A stretch of 47,338 bases of DNA from Myxococcales bacterium (GCA_035651935.1 DASREU010000297.1:1-47338), one strand, 5' to 3'; positions 28,781-38,225 are shown, numbered from the stretch's first letter. Program-made: numbers and translations. Notes: generated by a model not told the origin, from the letters alone.

Positions 28781-31708
28781 ATGGGTCGAGTCCTCGCGTG
28801 TGTGCTGCTTCTCGCCGCGTGCGGGGGCGCCAGCCAGTCGAAGGTCCGCGCGCTCGGGGGGATCCTGACGGTCGCGCCGCAGACCCTCGACTTCGGCGAC
28901 GTGGCGCTCGGGAAGGAGCAGACGCACCGCGTGGTGCTCAGCAACAGCGGCCTCGTCTCGATGACCGTTGGACAGCTCGCGCAATTCGCCGACCCGGCGT
29001 TCGAGGTGAAGGGGCTGCCGGCGACGCTCGGGCCGGGCGCCTCCGCGGATCTCACGGTCCGGTACCGGCCGCCCCAGCTTGGAACCCACGAGCGGACGCT
29101 GCAGATCGTCACCGATTCTCCCGAAAGCAACGACGCCAGCATCGACCTGCGCGGGAACGCGGTCCGCGGGCTCGCCACCCTGTCGGGCGACGCGTTCGAC
29201 TTCGGCCCGGTGGTGGTCGACGAGACGGCCACCCAGGATCTCCTGATGACGAACAACGACGGGAAGGCGGAGACCTCGGTCTCCATCGCGCCGCCGTCGG
29301 ACACCACCGCCTTCACCGTCACTCCGCCCGGCGAACAGGCGCTGGCGGCGGAACAGTCGATGGTGGTGCGGATCCAGTTCCGGCCCGACCGCCTCGGCGC
29401 CTTCAACTCCGCCGTCCAGATCACGCCCTGCCCGACCTGTGCGCCGAAGCAGATCACGCTCACGGGGACGGGGGTCGACACGCTCCTGGCCGTGCGCCCG
29501 CCGGCGCTCGAGTTCGGAAACGTCCGCCTCGGCGGCGACGCGGCGCAGCCGTTCACCGTCACCAACATCAGCAAGAGTCCGCTGGTCGTCCAGTCGTTGA
29601 CCTTGGCGGGAAGCGCGGATCTCACCGCCTCGCTCGACGGCTCGCCCCTTCCGCGCACGCTTGCACCGGGCGAGACCGCTCCCGGGACCGCGCGCTTCCG
29701 GCCGCGCAATCTCGGCGCCCAGAGCGCGCAGGCGTCGCTGGCGGCGTCCGATGGCGGTCCGGGCACGCTCGCGATGACGGGGACCGGCTTCGGACCGGTG
29801 CTGCAGACGAATCCCAGGTCGCTGTTCGTCGGCCCCACCGCGCTCGGGACCACCCGCACGGCGGTGGTGACCGTCACGAACGTCGGCCTCGATCCGCAAG
29901 GCGTGGCTCCGCTCGTGCTCATCGGCGTGTGGCTGGAGAACAACGACGGGACCTGGGCCGTCCGGGGCGGGGCGATGACCGTCGGCCCTCCCGGCGCCAG
30001 CGTCGACGTTCCCGTCTCCTTCACCCCGAGCGCCACCGGCATGTCGCAGGCGACGCTGATGATCGACTCCAACGACGGCCTGCGGCCGCACGTCGAGGTC
30101 CCGGTGGCGGCGACCGGCCGCGATCTGTTGCCCTGCACCCTGGGGATCGCTCCCTCCCCGCCCGTGGACTTCGGGGCGCAGCGCCTGTTCTCGCCCATCG
30201 TGGGCGGGTTCGAGCTGACCAACAGGACCGCGGACGACTGCATCGTCGGAGAGCCCGCCATCGTCGCCGGCGCCCCGGCATTCCGCTGGCCCGGCGGCGT
30301 TGCGCCGTCCGGACGGACGCTTCCGCCCGGCGGGCGCATGTCGGTGCGCGTCGAGTTCATCGCCGAGCAGGCGGAGACGTATTCGGGCCTGGTGAGCTTC
30401 TACCTGAGCAACCGTTCCACGCCGACGATGAGCGTCGCCCTGGCGGGTTCCGGCGACGCGTCCTGCTTCTTCGTCACCCCGCCCACCGTCGATTTCGGAG
30501 CGACCACCCTCGGCTGCGGCATCCCGAACCAGTTCGCGTACGCGGTGAACCAGTGCACCTTCCCGGTGACCGTCAGGGCCGTCGACACCACGGGCGCCCC
30601 GTTCTCGGCCTCAGCGCAACTGCCGGTGCAGGTCCAGCCGAACACGAACCTGCCCGTCGCGATCGGCTACCGGCCGGCGGCGGCCGGAGACGACGTCGGC
30701 GCCGTCCGCGTGTACACCGACATGCGCGCGGAGCCGTTCCTCTCCGGCATCACCGGCGGCGCGCAGGTGGCGGCCACCATCGTCGATCAGTGGGACCAGA
30801 GCACGCCGAAAGTGGATCTCCTGATCGTGATCGACAACAGCGGCTCGATGGCCGAGGAGCAGAAGGCGCTCGCGCAGAACCTCGATCGGCTGTGGAACCG
30901 GATCGCGCTCGCCAACGCCGACTTCCACATCGCGATCACCACCACCGGCATGTACCCGTACACCTCGGGCTGGGCGCAGTGCCCGGGCGGAGCCAGCGGG
31001 GGCGAAGCCGGGCGCTTCTTCCCGGTCGACAACTCGCGGCCGCGGCTGCTCACGCCGCAGACGCCGGACGTGAAGAACGTCCTGTTCGCGAACACCAACG
31101 TCGGGATCTGCCACTACGACGAGCGGTTCCTGGATCCGGTGCTGGCGGCGCTCACCGATCCGCTGATCAGCTCGACGAAGGCCCCGGGGACGCCCTGGCC
31201 GAACGACGGCAACGCGGGCTTCCTGCGCGACGATGCCCGGCTGGCGCTCCTGGCGGTGAGCGACGCCGACGACGCGAACGACGTCGCGAACCCGCCTCCG
31301 GTCAGCTCGTACGTACAGCGGCTCGCGCAGGTGAAGAAGGGAGCGCTCGACCTCGTCTCCTTCGCCGGCATCGTTCCCTTGACCTCCTGCCCGAGCACGG
31401 CGGAGGGCGTCGGCACGCGCTACAAGGAGATCGCCAGGCAGCTCGGCGGTCATCTCGAAGACATCTGCGACCTGGGGAATTTCGGAAGCCTCCTGGAGAG
31501 CTCGCTGGGCGATCTGCTGCTGCCGCTCACCAGCTTCCCGCTCTCGGCGCATCCGAAGGACCCGGGAGCCATCGTGGTGACGGTGGGCGGGGCGACGGTC
31601 ACCAACTGGAGCTACGACGCCGCCTCGAACCGCATCGTGTTCCCGGCGAGCGCAGTCCCACCGCCCGGGTCCCACATCACCGCGCGCTACGAGCCGGCCT
31701 GCCTCTGA
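28781..31708 (+). CDS. large lipoprotein: six Ig-like (ASH/choice-of-anchor-D-type) repeats plus C-terminal VWA-like domain
   Basis: Signal peptide with lipobox LLAAC. Six repeats of about 100 aa share L.P..LDFG.V.LG....(V/L).(V/L).N.G, spanning aa 28-665 (nt about 28862-30775). A MIDAS-like DxSxS (LLIVIDNSGSM) begins at about nt 30809. Confidence 0.85.
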   Translation: MGRVLACVLLLAACGGASQSKVRALGGILTVAPQTLDFGDVALGKEQTHRVVLSNSGLVSMTVGQLAQFADPAFEVKGLPATLGPGASADLTVRYRPPQLGTHERTLQIVTDSPESNDASIDLRGNAVRGLATLSGDAFDFGPVVVDETATQDLLMTNNDGKAETSVSIAPPSDTTAFTVTPPGEQALAAEQSMVVRIQFRPDRLGAFNSAVQITPCPTCAPKQITLTGTGVDTLLAVRPPALEFGNVRLGGDAAQPFTVTNISKSPLVVQSLTLAGSADLTASLDGSPLPRTLAPGETAPGTARFRPRNLGAQSAQASLAASDGGPGTLAMTGTGFGPVLQTNPRSLFVGPTALGTTRTAVVTVTNVGLDPQGVAPLVLIGVWLENNDGTWAVRGGAMTVGPPGASVDVPVSFTPSATGMSQATLMIDSNDGLRPHVEVPVAATGRDLLPCTLGIAPSPPVDFGAQRLFSPIVGGFELTNRTADDCIVGEPAIVAGAPAFRWPGGVAPSGRTLPPGGRMSVRVEFIAEQAETYSGLVSFYLSNRSTPTMSVALAGSGDASCFFVTPPTVDFGATTLGCGIPNQFAYAVNQCTFPVTVRAVDTTGAPFSASAQLPVQVQPNTNLPVAIGYRPAAAGDDVGAVRVYTDMRAEPFLSGITGGAQVAATIVDQWDQSTPKVDLLIVIDNSGSMAEEQKALAQNLDRLWNRIALANADFHIAITTTGMYPYTSGWAQCPGGASGGEAGRFFPVDNSRPRLLTPQTPDVKNVLFANTNVGICHYDERFLDPVLAALTDPLISSTKAPGTPWPNDGNAGFLRDDARLALLAVSDADDANDVANPPPVSSYVQRLAQVKKGALDLVSFAGIVPLTSCPSTAEGVGTRYKEIARQLGGHLEDICDLGNFGSLLESSLGDLLLPLTSFPLSAHPKDPGAIVVTVGGATVTNWSYDAASNRIVFPASAVPPPGSHITARYEPACL

Positions 31709-31745
31709 GCAGCCGTGCGATCGGACGGGCTTCTTCGTGAAATGC

Positions 31746-31774
31746 TTGCACCGCAAAGGCCTCGGGGGGATGAT
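31746..31774 (+). promoter_or_regulatory. candidate sigma70-type promoter (TTGCAC-N17-GATGAT)
   Basis: TTGCAC is at 31746-51 and GATGAT at 31769-74. The -10 ends 12 nt before ATG 31787, which has no SD, implying a very short leader. Sequence match only. Confidence 0.25.
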
Positions 31775-31786
31775 CGATCGTCCGGC

Positions 31787-33331
31787 ATGGCGATCCCGAA
31801 ATCCCCTCCAGATTCCGTCCAGGATGTCCTGCGGGATCCCGAAATCCAGCGGCTTCTCGACCGCCCCGAGCACCAGGGCTTCGAGCTGCCGCACAGCCGG
31901 CAGATCTATACCAACCGCGCCCTGCAGATGGATCAGATCGCGGTTGTCGGATTCGACATGGACTACACGCTCGCCGTGTACTCCATGCGGCAGATCGAGG
32001 AGCTCGCGTTCCACATGACCCTGGACCGCCTGGTGGCGGCCCGCGGGTACCCCGACTACCTGCGCAACCTCAAGTACGACTACGAATTCGTGATCCGCGG
32101 CCTGGTGGTCGACAAGGACCACGGCAACATCTTCAAGATGGACCGGCACAACCATGTCGGCCGCTGCTACCACGGCCGGCGGCAGCTCTCGCTGGACGAG
32201 CGCCGGTCGCTGTACCAGACGAACGAGAAGATCCGGCTCAGCCTGCCGCGGTTCGCCTGGATCGACACGCTCTTCAGCCTTCCCGAGGCCTGCCTGTACG
32301 CCGAGATCATCGAGGCCCAGGAGGCGCGCGGGGTCCGGGTCGACTACCACAAGCTCTACGACGAAACCCGCGAGAGCATCGACGAGGTGCACCGCGACGG
32401 ATCGCTCAAGTCCGAGCTGCGCAAGGATCTGGGCCGGTTCATCAAGCCCGACCCGGAGCTGGCGCCCGCGCTGCACAAGCTGCGGTCCGGCGGGAAGAAG
32501 CTCTTCGTCCTCACCAATTCGCTGTGGGACTACACCGACGCGGTGATGAAGTTCCTCCTCGACGGCAAGCTCGCCGAGTACCCGTCCTGGCGAAACTACT
32601 TCGACTACCTGGTGGTGGGCGCGCAGAAGCCCGCCTTCTTCGCCGAGCACAAGCCGTTCGTCGAGCTGAACCCGGACGGGAGCGTGGCCCGTTCCCAGGT
32701 GGACGCGCTGGAGCGCGGCAGGATCCATGAGGGCGGCAATCTCTTCGACTTCGAACGGATGACGGGGTTCGCCGGCGACCACGTGCTCTACGTCGGCGAC
32801 CACATCTACGGCGACATCATCCGGAACCGGAAGGCCTCGCAGTGGCGCACCTGCTTCGTGGTGCAGGAGCTGGAGCAGGAGATCGAGTACATCGAGAGCC
32901 GCGCCTCCGACGTGCAGCGCCTGAACGAGCTCGACGCCCTGCGCACGCGGCTCGACGACATGATCAACCACCACAAGCTGCTCCTCAACGCGCTGGATCG
33001 GCGGATGGAGCGCGGCGGCCCCTTGCCCTCCGACCTGGAAGCGCGTCGCCAGCGCGAGAAGCACGATCTGGAAAGGCTCCGCCGCGCGTTCAAGGCCACG
33101 CTCGCGGAAGGGGCGGATCTGGAGGCGCGTTTCGAGAACGGCGCGAACGCCTACTGGGGCCTGGTGTTCAAGGAAGGGAACGAGAACTCGCGCTTCGGCG
33201 AGCAGGTGGAGGACTACGCCGACCTCTACACATCCAGAGTGTCGAACTTCCTTTACTATTCGCCGATGCAGGTGTTCCGCTCGCCGCGCGCGAGCATGCC
33301 TCACGAGCGCACCACTTTGCGCCGCGGTTGA
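31787..33331 (+). CDS. HAD-IG family 5'-nucleotidase (cytosolic purine 5'-nucleotidase cN-II type)
   Basis: Matches eukaryotic cN-II along its whole length: IYTNR...GFDMDYTLAVY (DxDxT), LTNS, YVGDHIYGDI, QWRT and the C-terminal YADLYTSRVSNFLYYSP...MPHE. Confidence 0.88.
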   Translation: MAIPKSPPDSVQDVLRDPEIQRLLDRPEHQGFELPHSRQIYTNRALQMDQIAVVGFDMDYTLAVYSMRQIEELAFHMTLDRLVAARGYPDYLRNLKYDYEFVIRGLVVDKDHGNIFKMDRHNHVGRCYHGRRQLSLDERRSLYQTNEKIRLSLPRFAWIDTLFSLPEACLYAEIIEAQEARGVRVDYHKLYDETRESIDEVHRDGSLKSELRKDLGRFIKPDPELAPALHKLRSGGKKLFVLTNSLWDYTDAVMKFLLDGKLAEYPSWRNYFDYLVVGAQKPAFFAEHKPFVELNPDGSVARSQVDALERGRIHEGGNLFDFERMTGFAGDHVLYVGDHIYGDIIRNRKASQWRTCFVVQELEQEIEYIESRASDVQRLNELDALRTRLDDMINHHKLLLNALDRRMERGGPLPSDLEARRQREKHDLERLRRAFKATLAEGADLEARFENGANAYWGLVFKEGNENSRFGEQVEDYADLYTSRVSNFLYYSPMQVFRSPRASMPHERTTLRRG

Positions 33332-33386
33332 ATACGGTACAGGTAAGAGGCGTCGCACATGGCGCCGCGTCCGCTCCGAGGCCACG

Positions 33387-36300
33387 ATGCGCGGGATGAC
33401 CCTCCGCCCCCTGCTGCTCCTATTTCTCGCTACTCCTGCGTTCGCGCTCGGACTCGCCCCTGCGCGGTTGCAGCCGGGGCCCACCCTCCAGCTCCCCTGG
33501 GCCGAGCACGGCCGCCTCTCGCAGGTGACCGGGCGCTCGCCGCTCGGCTTCACGCAGGAGGCGTACGTGATCCCGGAGCGGCCGGGAAAGAACCAGGTCC
33601 GTTACTTCGATTACCACTGGCGCGACTTCGACTTCCTCGACGACGACGGTTCCGCCGGGCTGCGCCTCTATTTCTACGATCGCGAGTATCCGGTGGCGCG
33701 CATCGCGGCCGGCCTGATCCGCGAGAGCTGGCGGTACCTGAGCGATCGCTTCCAGTACAAGCCGTCGATCAAGGTCCCGTACATCCTCTACAACACGTAC
33801 CGCGAGTTCCTGGAGACGAACGTGTTCGCGGTGCAGGAAGGCGTGCTCGGCGTCACCAGCCCCCAGGACCTGCGCATGTCGCTGGCGTACGCGGGCGAGC
33901 GCGAGATGTTCAAGCTCGTCTCGACGCACGAGATGACCCACCAGTTCCAGATCCAGAAGATGGCCGAGCGCGCTGCCAGCGCGGGACTGGAGAGCGCCAT
34001 CGGCGCGATGCCGCTCTGGTTCATCGAGGGTCTGGCCGAGTACTACGCGCACAACCAGCAGATGGACAGCGAGACGGAGATGTTCCTCCGCGACATCGTG
34101 CTGAACCCGAGAGGCGAGCTCGGATACGACTTTCCCCGCCTCGACGAGGACCGGCCGTACTCCTACCTCTATACGTACAAGTATGGGCAGGCGAAGCTGG
34201 TGTTCCTCAGCGAGGTGTACGGCGAGCGCGTGATCCAGGGCGTGCTCGACCAGAGCCCGCGGCTGGTGGGCGGCGGGCGCGGCCGCGGCGAGCCGAAAGA
34301 GAACTTCATGCAGCTCCTCGGGCACGTCGCCGGCGACACCCCGGCGCAGATGAACGCCCGCTGGTCGACCTGGGCGCGCAAGCGCGTGATGCGCACGTAC
34401 CTCGACGCGAAGCAGGACCTGCCGGACATGACCGAGCTCAAGCTGAACGACGAGCTCGACGCGTTCACCAGCTCGAAGGACGGCAACCTGCTCTTCTACC
34501 GCGGCGTCGAGCGCGAGACCGCGCGCGCCAAGCTGGTGGTGCTGGACCGGCGCGACCCGGGATCGGCGAAGCAGATCGACATCGACCAGAGACCCGGGAC
34601 GGAGAGCCTGCACCCGGTGATGCGATCGGTGACGGCGGTGAGCGACGACGCCATCGCCTGGTTCGCGCAGTCGGGCGACTCCGACGTCCTGCACATCCGG
34701 CCGGTGAAGCGGCACGAGCGCGGCGCGCCGAACAGCACGCGCGTGCGCGTCGACCTCGAGCTGGGACCGACGCGCGTGATCCGGGTGATCCGCGACGGCG
34801 TGATCGAGGCGGGAGACCCGGCCTTCAGCCCCGACGGGAAGCGCCTGGCGTTCTATGGCCTCGATCGCGACGGCAAGAGCGACATCTACACGCTGGACCT
34901 CGCGGAGAAGGATCCTCACGTCCGCCGGCTCACCGAGGATCTCTACAGCGAGCGCGATCTCGCCTGGGGAGAGGACGGGATCATCTATGCCAGCGACGCG
35001 ACGGAGAGCGGGCGCTACAACCTCTTCCGCATCGATCCGGACAACGGCACGCGCACCCGCCTCACCGATGCTCCCGTCGACCAGCGCTATCCGGTGACGC
35101 TCGCCGGCTCGGCGGTGGTCTTCACCAGCGACGCGGGCGGGAAGAACGATCTCTGGTTCCTGCAGAACGGCAGGATCAAGCGCATCACCGACTTCGCCAC
35201 CGCTCTCGCGCACCCGGGCCTCGCCCCCAACGGGCTCTACGGCGTCGCTTTCTACGGGGCCCGCTTCCGCCTCTTCGAGGTGCAGACGACGGCGATGCTC
35301 AGCCTCGACGAGCAGGATGCGATTCCGCCCAGCTACCTGGCGACCATCGACAAGCCGCAGCCGTTCGCGGACGAGTTCATTCCGCAGAACGCGCCCACCT
35401 ACGATCCGTACGCGATCGGCAAGAACTGGAAGGTCGAGGGCGGCGGCGCGGCCATCGGCGGCGCCGGGGTCGGGTTCGCTCCGGTGGGATCCGGAGGCGT
35501 GCTCTTCGCCGACATGATGCGCGACCGCAGCGCGCTCATCAACCTGGCCATCTACGGGTCGTTCGACCTCACCGACGCGCTGGCGTTCTACGTCGACAAG
35601 TCGGAGCGGATGATCTGGGGCGTCGGCGTCTTCCATACCTTCCAGCAAGGCCGCGATACCCAGTTCCCGAGCGCGAAGGATTGCTACGCGCCCCTGACGG
35701 CGCAGAACCAGGCGGCCGCCTGCGAGATCCTCTACTTGTCGCGCGAGTACGGCGTGGAGGGGCTGCTCTCGTATCCCCTCTCGACCTTCAGCCGGATCGA
35801 CGCGAGCGCGCGCATCATGGGCGTGACGCGCAGCTTCTTCGACAACTTCGCCTACGACCGCTTCGGCACGCCATTCGCGAACGTGCCCGCCTCCGACCTG
35901 AACGAGATCCGCGGCTTCGATCCGCAAGGCGAGGTGAGCATCGGGTACGGCTGGGACACCACGCGCTACGGCCCCGGCGGAGCGATGGGCGGCAGATCGC
36001 TGATCGTCCAGTTCGGCACGGGCAGCCTGCCCGCCCGCGGCGTCGAGGGGCTCTACACGTACCTGCAGGAGGACTTGATCCAGACGGTGAAGATCATCGG
36101 CCGGAGCAGGCTGAACCTGCGCCTCGCCAGCGGAGCCGCGCAGGGCAGCCGATTCGGGCGGCGCTTCTATCTCTCCAGCTTCGACAACCTCCGCGGCTTC
36201 CGCTGGGGCGACGCGCGCCTCCTGGGTGACGGATACTACGTCGCGCAGGCGGAGCTGAACTTCCCTCTCGACGTGCTGATCCGCTTCGCCTTCTTCAGCA

Positions 36301-36581
36301 ACATCACCGGGGTGGTCGGGTTCGACTTCGGCGGCGTGGTCGATTCCAACCGCGCGGTGCAGAACCATGCCGGCCGCGGATTCACGAAGCTCCACGCCAC
36401 CCTCGACGAGGCCTGGGCGAATCGCACCGCCGACTATGTGCTGGGCGTGAACCTTGGCCTGGGGCCGTTCGAGCTGCGCGTGCACTTCGCCCGCAACCTC
36501 GACATCGGCGGCCTGATCCCGACGGACAGCGGCCGCCCCGAGTGGGTCCCCAACATCTCGTTGCACTACGTGTACTTCTGA
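33387..36581 (+). CDS. outer-membrane fusion protein: HExxH (MA-clan-like) peptidase, PD40/TolB-like beta-propeller and Omp85-type barrel
   Basis: Signal peptide. HEMTH at nt 33927-33941 plus WFIEGLAEYY, a candidate third ligand Glu. PD40-like repeats (FSPDGKRLAFYG...DIYTLDL). C-terminal region carries the Omp85 loop-6-like FDNLRGF motif and AELNFPL, and the protein ends ...SLHYVYF. Confidence 0.8.
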   Translation: MRGMTLRPLLLLFLATPAFALGLAPARLQPGPTLQLPWAEHGRLSQVTGRSPLGFTQEAYVIPERPGKNQVRYFDYHWRDFDFLDDDGSAGLRLYFYDREYPVARIAAGLIRESWRYLSDRFQYKPSIKVPYILYNTYREFLETNVFAVQEGVLGVTSPQDLRMSLAYAGEREMFKLVSTHEMTHQFQIQKMAERAASAGLESAIGAMPLWFIEGLAEYYAHNQQMDSETEMFLRDIVLNPRGELGYDFPRLDEDRPYSYLYTYKYGQAKLVFLSEVYGERVIQGVLDQSPRLVGGGRGRGEPKENFMQLLGHVAGDTPAQMNARWSTWARKRVMRTYLDAKQDLPDMTELKLNDELDAFTSSKDGNLLFYRGVERETARAKLVVLDRRDPGSAKQIDIDQRPGTESLHPVMRSVTAVSDDAIAWFAQSGDSDVLHIRPVKRHERGAPNSTRVRVDLELGPTRVIRVIRDGVIEAGDPAFSPDGKRLAFYGLDRDGKSDIYTLDLAEKDPHVRRLTEDLYSERDLAWGEDGIIYASDATESGRYNLFRIDPDNGTRTRLTDAPVDQRYPVTLAGSAVVFTSDAGGKNDLWFLQNGRIKRITDFATALAHPGLAPNGLYGVAFYGARFRLFEVQTTAMLSLDEQDAIPPSYLATIDKPQPFADEFIPQNAPTYDPYAIGKNWKVEGGGAAIGGAGVGFAPVGSGGVLFADMMRDRSALINLAIYGSFDLTDALAFYVDKSERMIWGVGVFHTFQQGRDTQFPSAKDCYAPLTAQNQAAACEILYLSREYGVEGLLSYPLSTFSRIDASARIMGVTRSFFDNFAYDRFGTPFANVPASDLNEIRGFDPQGEVSIGYGWDTTRYGPGGAMGGRSLIVQFGTGSLPARGVEGLYTYLQEDLIQTVKIIGRSRLNLRLASGAAQGSRFGRRFYLSSFDNLRGFRWGDARLLGDGYYVAQAELNFPLDVLIRFAFFSNITGVVGFDFGGVVDSNRAVQNHAGRGFTKLHATLDEAWANRTADYVLGVNLGLGPFELRVHFARNLDIGGLIPTDSGRPEWVPNISLHYVYF

Positions 36582-36654
36582 GCCGCCCGGGCGGGCGCCT
36601 GGTCGTTGAAAAGATGGCCCCGCGTGCCGACCCTTGGCGCACACGGGAGACACC

Positions 36655-37161
36655 ATGGCACTCGCACTGGAATGGAACGATGCGCGGCTTCGCAAGGAAG
36701 CGGCCCTGATTCCCCCTCGCGCGGCGCTGGGCGTGAGCATGGTCTATCACGGGATGGGAAAGCTCCGCGAAGGCGCGCCGGAGCAGGTGGGCGGCTGGTT
36801 CGAGAGCATCGGATTGCGGCCGGGCAAGCACCTCGCGGTGGCGACCGGAATCGCGGAGATGTTCGCCGGCATCGGCGCCATCGTCGGCCTCTGGACGCGG
36901 CCGGCGGCGCTCGCGGTGCTGGTGACGCAGGCCTTCGCGCTCGGCAAGGTCCACGCGAAGAACGGGTTCGACGTCACCAAGGGCGGGTTCGAGTACAACG
37001 TCGCGCTGATGTGCATCGCCGGGGCGTTGCTCATCGCCGGACCGGGACAGTTCTCCGCGCACGAAGGGATCGAGCGGCTGCTCCAGGGCCGTGGCGCGAA
37101 GCGCTGGTTCCGCGAGGCGAAGCCGACGCCCCTGCTCCGGCTGGTGAAGCTGCTCAAGTAG
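36655..37161 (+). CDS. DoxX-family membrane protein
   Basis: GGGAGA SD 5 nt upstream of ATG 36655. Four hydrophobic helices and DoxX-like blocks (MVYHGMGKL, AEMFAGIGAIVGLWTRPAAL). Confidence 0.8.
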   Translation: MALALEWNDARLRKEAALIPPRAALGVSMVYHGMGKLREGAPEQVGGWFESIGLRPGKHLAVATGIAEMFAGIGAIVGLWTRPAALAVLVTQAFALGKVHAKNGFDVTKGGFEYNVALMCIAGALLIAGPGQFSAHEGIERLLQGRGAKRWFREAKPTPLLRLVKLLK

Positions 37162-37166
37162 GCCCG

Positions 37167-37703
37167 TCACCGGCGCGCGGCGATCAGCACCGGCACGCCC
37201 GCGCAGACGGTGCCGGCAAGCATCCCGAGGACGCCGGCGGCGCCGGCGATGGTGCAGCCGAGCGATCCCGTCGAGGCCGCGATCGCCGCTGCCGCTGCGA
37301 CGAATCGCAGATGCGGCTGCTCCCGCGCCGCCGCGCGCGCGATCACGAATCCCGCCAGCGCGCCGCCGGCGACGCACGCCGGCAATCCCAGCTTCAGGCA
37401 GGCGGGTCCGAAACAGGCGTGCCCGAAGGTCGCCATCAGCAGCGGCATCGCGAGCGCGGCGGTTCCGGCGAGCAGACCAGGCCCCACCGCCCGACCGGCG
37501 ATTCCACCGCGGTAGAGGAATCCGACGGCCAGCGCGAGCAGCACGCAGGTGAGCGCCGCGGTCAGCGCGGGCGGCCGCCCCGCGGTGAGCGCGACAAGCG
37601 CCGCCGCCAACGGGAACGGCGCCATCCGCAGCGCGGAGCGCAGGCGGCCGAGCTCGTAGGCGCGACGCGCGCGAGCCAGAAGCACCCGGTCATTCGTTGC
37701 CAT
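37167..37703 (-). CDS. polytopic Cys-containing membrane protein, candidate anti-sigma/partner of the ECF sigma
   Basis: ATG 37703 gives MATNDRVLLARARRAY..., a cytoplasmic N-terminus of about 25 aa followed by about 5 hydrophobic helices with HACFGPAC, LPAC, LGC and VC. Its start overlaps the sigma gene's 3' end by 14 nt. No ZAS motif. Confidence 0.6.
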   Translation of the reverse strand: MATNDRVLLARARRAYELGRLRSALRMAPFPLAAALVALTAGRPPALTAALTCVLLALAVGFLYRGGIAGRAVGPGLLAGTAALAMPLLMATFGHACFGPACLKLGLPACVAGGALAGFVIARAAAREQPHLRFVAAAAAIAASTGSLGCTIAGAAGVLGMLAGTVCAGVPVLIAARR

Positions 37704-38217
37704 GTCTTGCCCTCCACGCCGTCCGGAAACGCGCCAGCGCACGCTGCACGCGCTTGCGGAAAGTGGCCCCGGGAGTCCGGTCGCCGGCGGCGAGCGCCGC
37801 GATGGTCTCGGCGTCGAACGGCCGGAGCGTTCCGATCGCCGCCAGCGCGGCGTCCCGCAGGTCGCGGTCGATCGCTGCCTGCTCCGGAGTGGGGCCCAGG
37901 TCCAGCTGCTCCGGAACGGCGCCCACGGCCTCCTTGCGGCGCTCGCGCTTCCGGCGGAACGTCCGGCATTCCCAGGCGGCGATTCCGAGCGCCCAGGCGA
38001 GCGCATCGCGCCCAGGGTCGTATTCGCCGGCGCGGGAGAACACGCTGACGAGAGCGTGCTGCGCGGCGTCTTCTCCGTCTGCGGCGCCCGCGTACCGGAC
38101 CGCGAACGCGCGGAGCCTCGGCCAGAGCAGCGCGAAGGCGGGGCGGAACGCGCTCCGGTCTCCGTCTGCAAGCCGCTCCATCAGGCGCCGCAGCTCCGCG
38201 CGCTCGCCGCCCTCCAC
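37690..38217 (-). CDS. ECF-type RNA polymerase sigma factor
   Basis: Region 2-like DAAQHALVSVFSRAGEYDP...ALAWALGIAAWECRTFRRKRERR and region 4-like ...TFRKRVQRALARFR. The start is taken as GTG 38217, with an alternative ATG at 38181. The upstream part of the 431-aa track ORF is Arg/Gly-rich and overlaps the small peptide gene. Confidence 0.8.
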   Translation of the reverse strand: MEGGERAELRRLMERLADGDRSAFRPAFALLWPRLRAFAVRYAGAADGEDAAQHALVSVFSRAGEYDPGRDALAWALGIAAWECRTFRRKRERRKEAVGAVPEQLDLGPTPEQAAIDRDLRDAALAAIGTLRPFDAETIAALAAGDRTPGATFRKRVQRALARFRTAWRARHGNE

Positions 38218-38225
38218 CGGGGCCG

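Noticed and set aside
33359-33361. An ATG preceded by an AAGAGG SD, upstream of the Omp85-fusion gene (track ORF 33359..36229).
   Set aside because: That frame translates to Arg/Pro/Ala-rich low-complexity sequence. The frame starting at 33387 carries the signal peptide and all the domain motifs.
36583-36600. A GC palindrome CCGCCCGGGCGG just after the Omp85-fusion stop, considered as an intrinsic terminator.
   Set aside because: Only about 4 bp can pair once a viable loop is allowed, and there is no U-tract.
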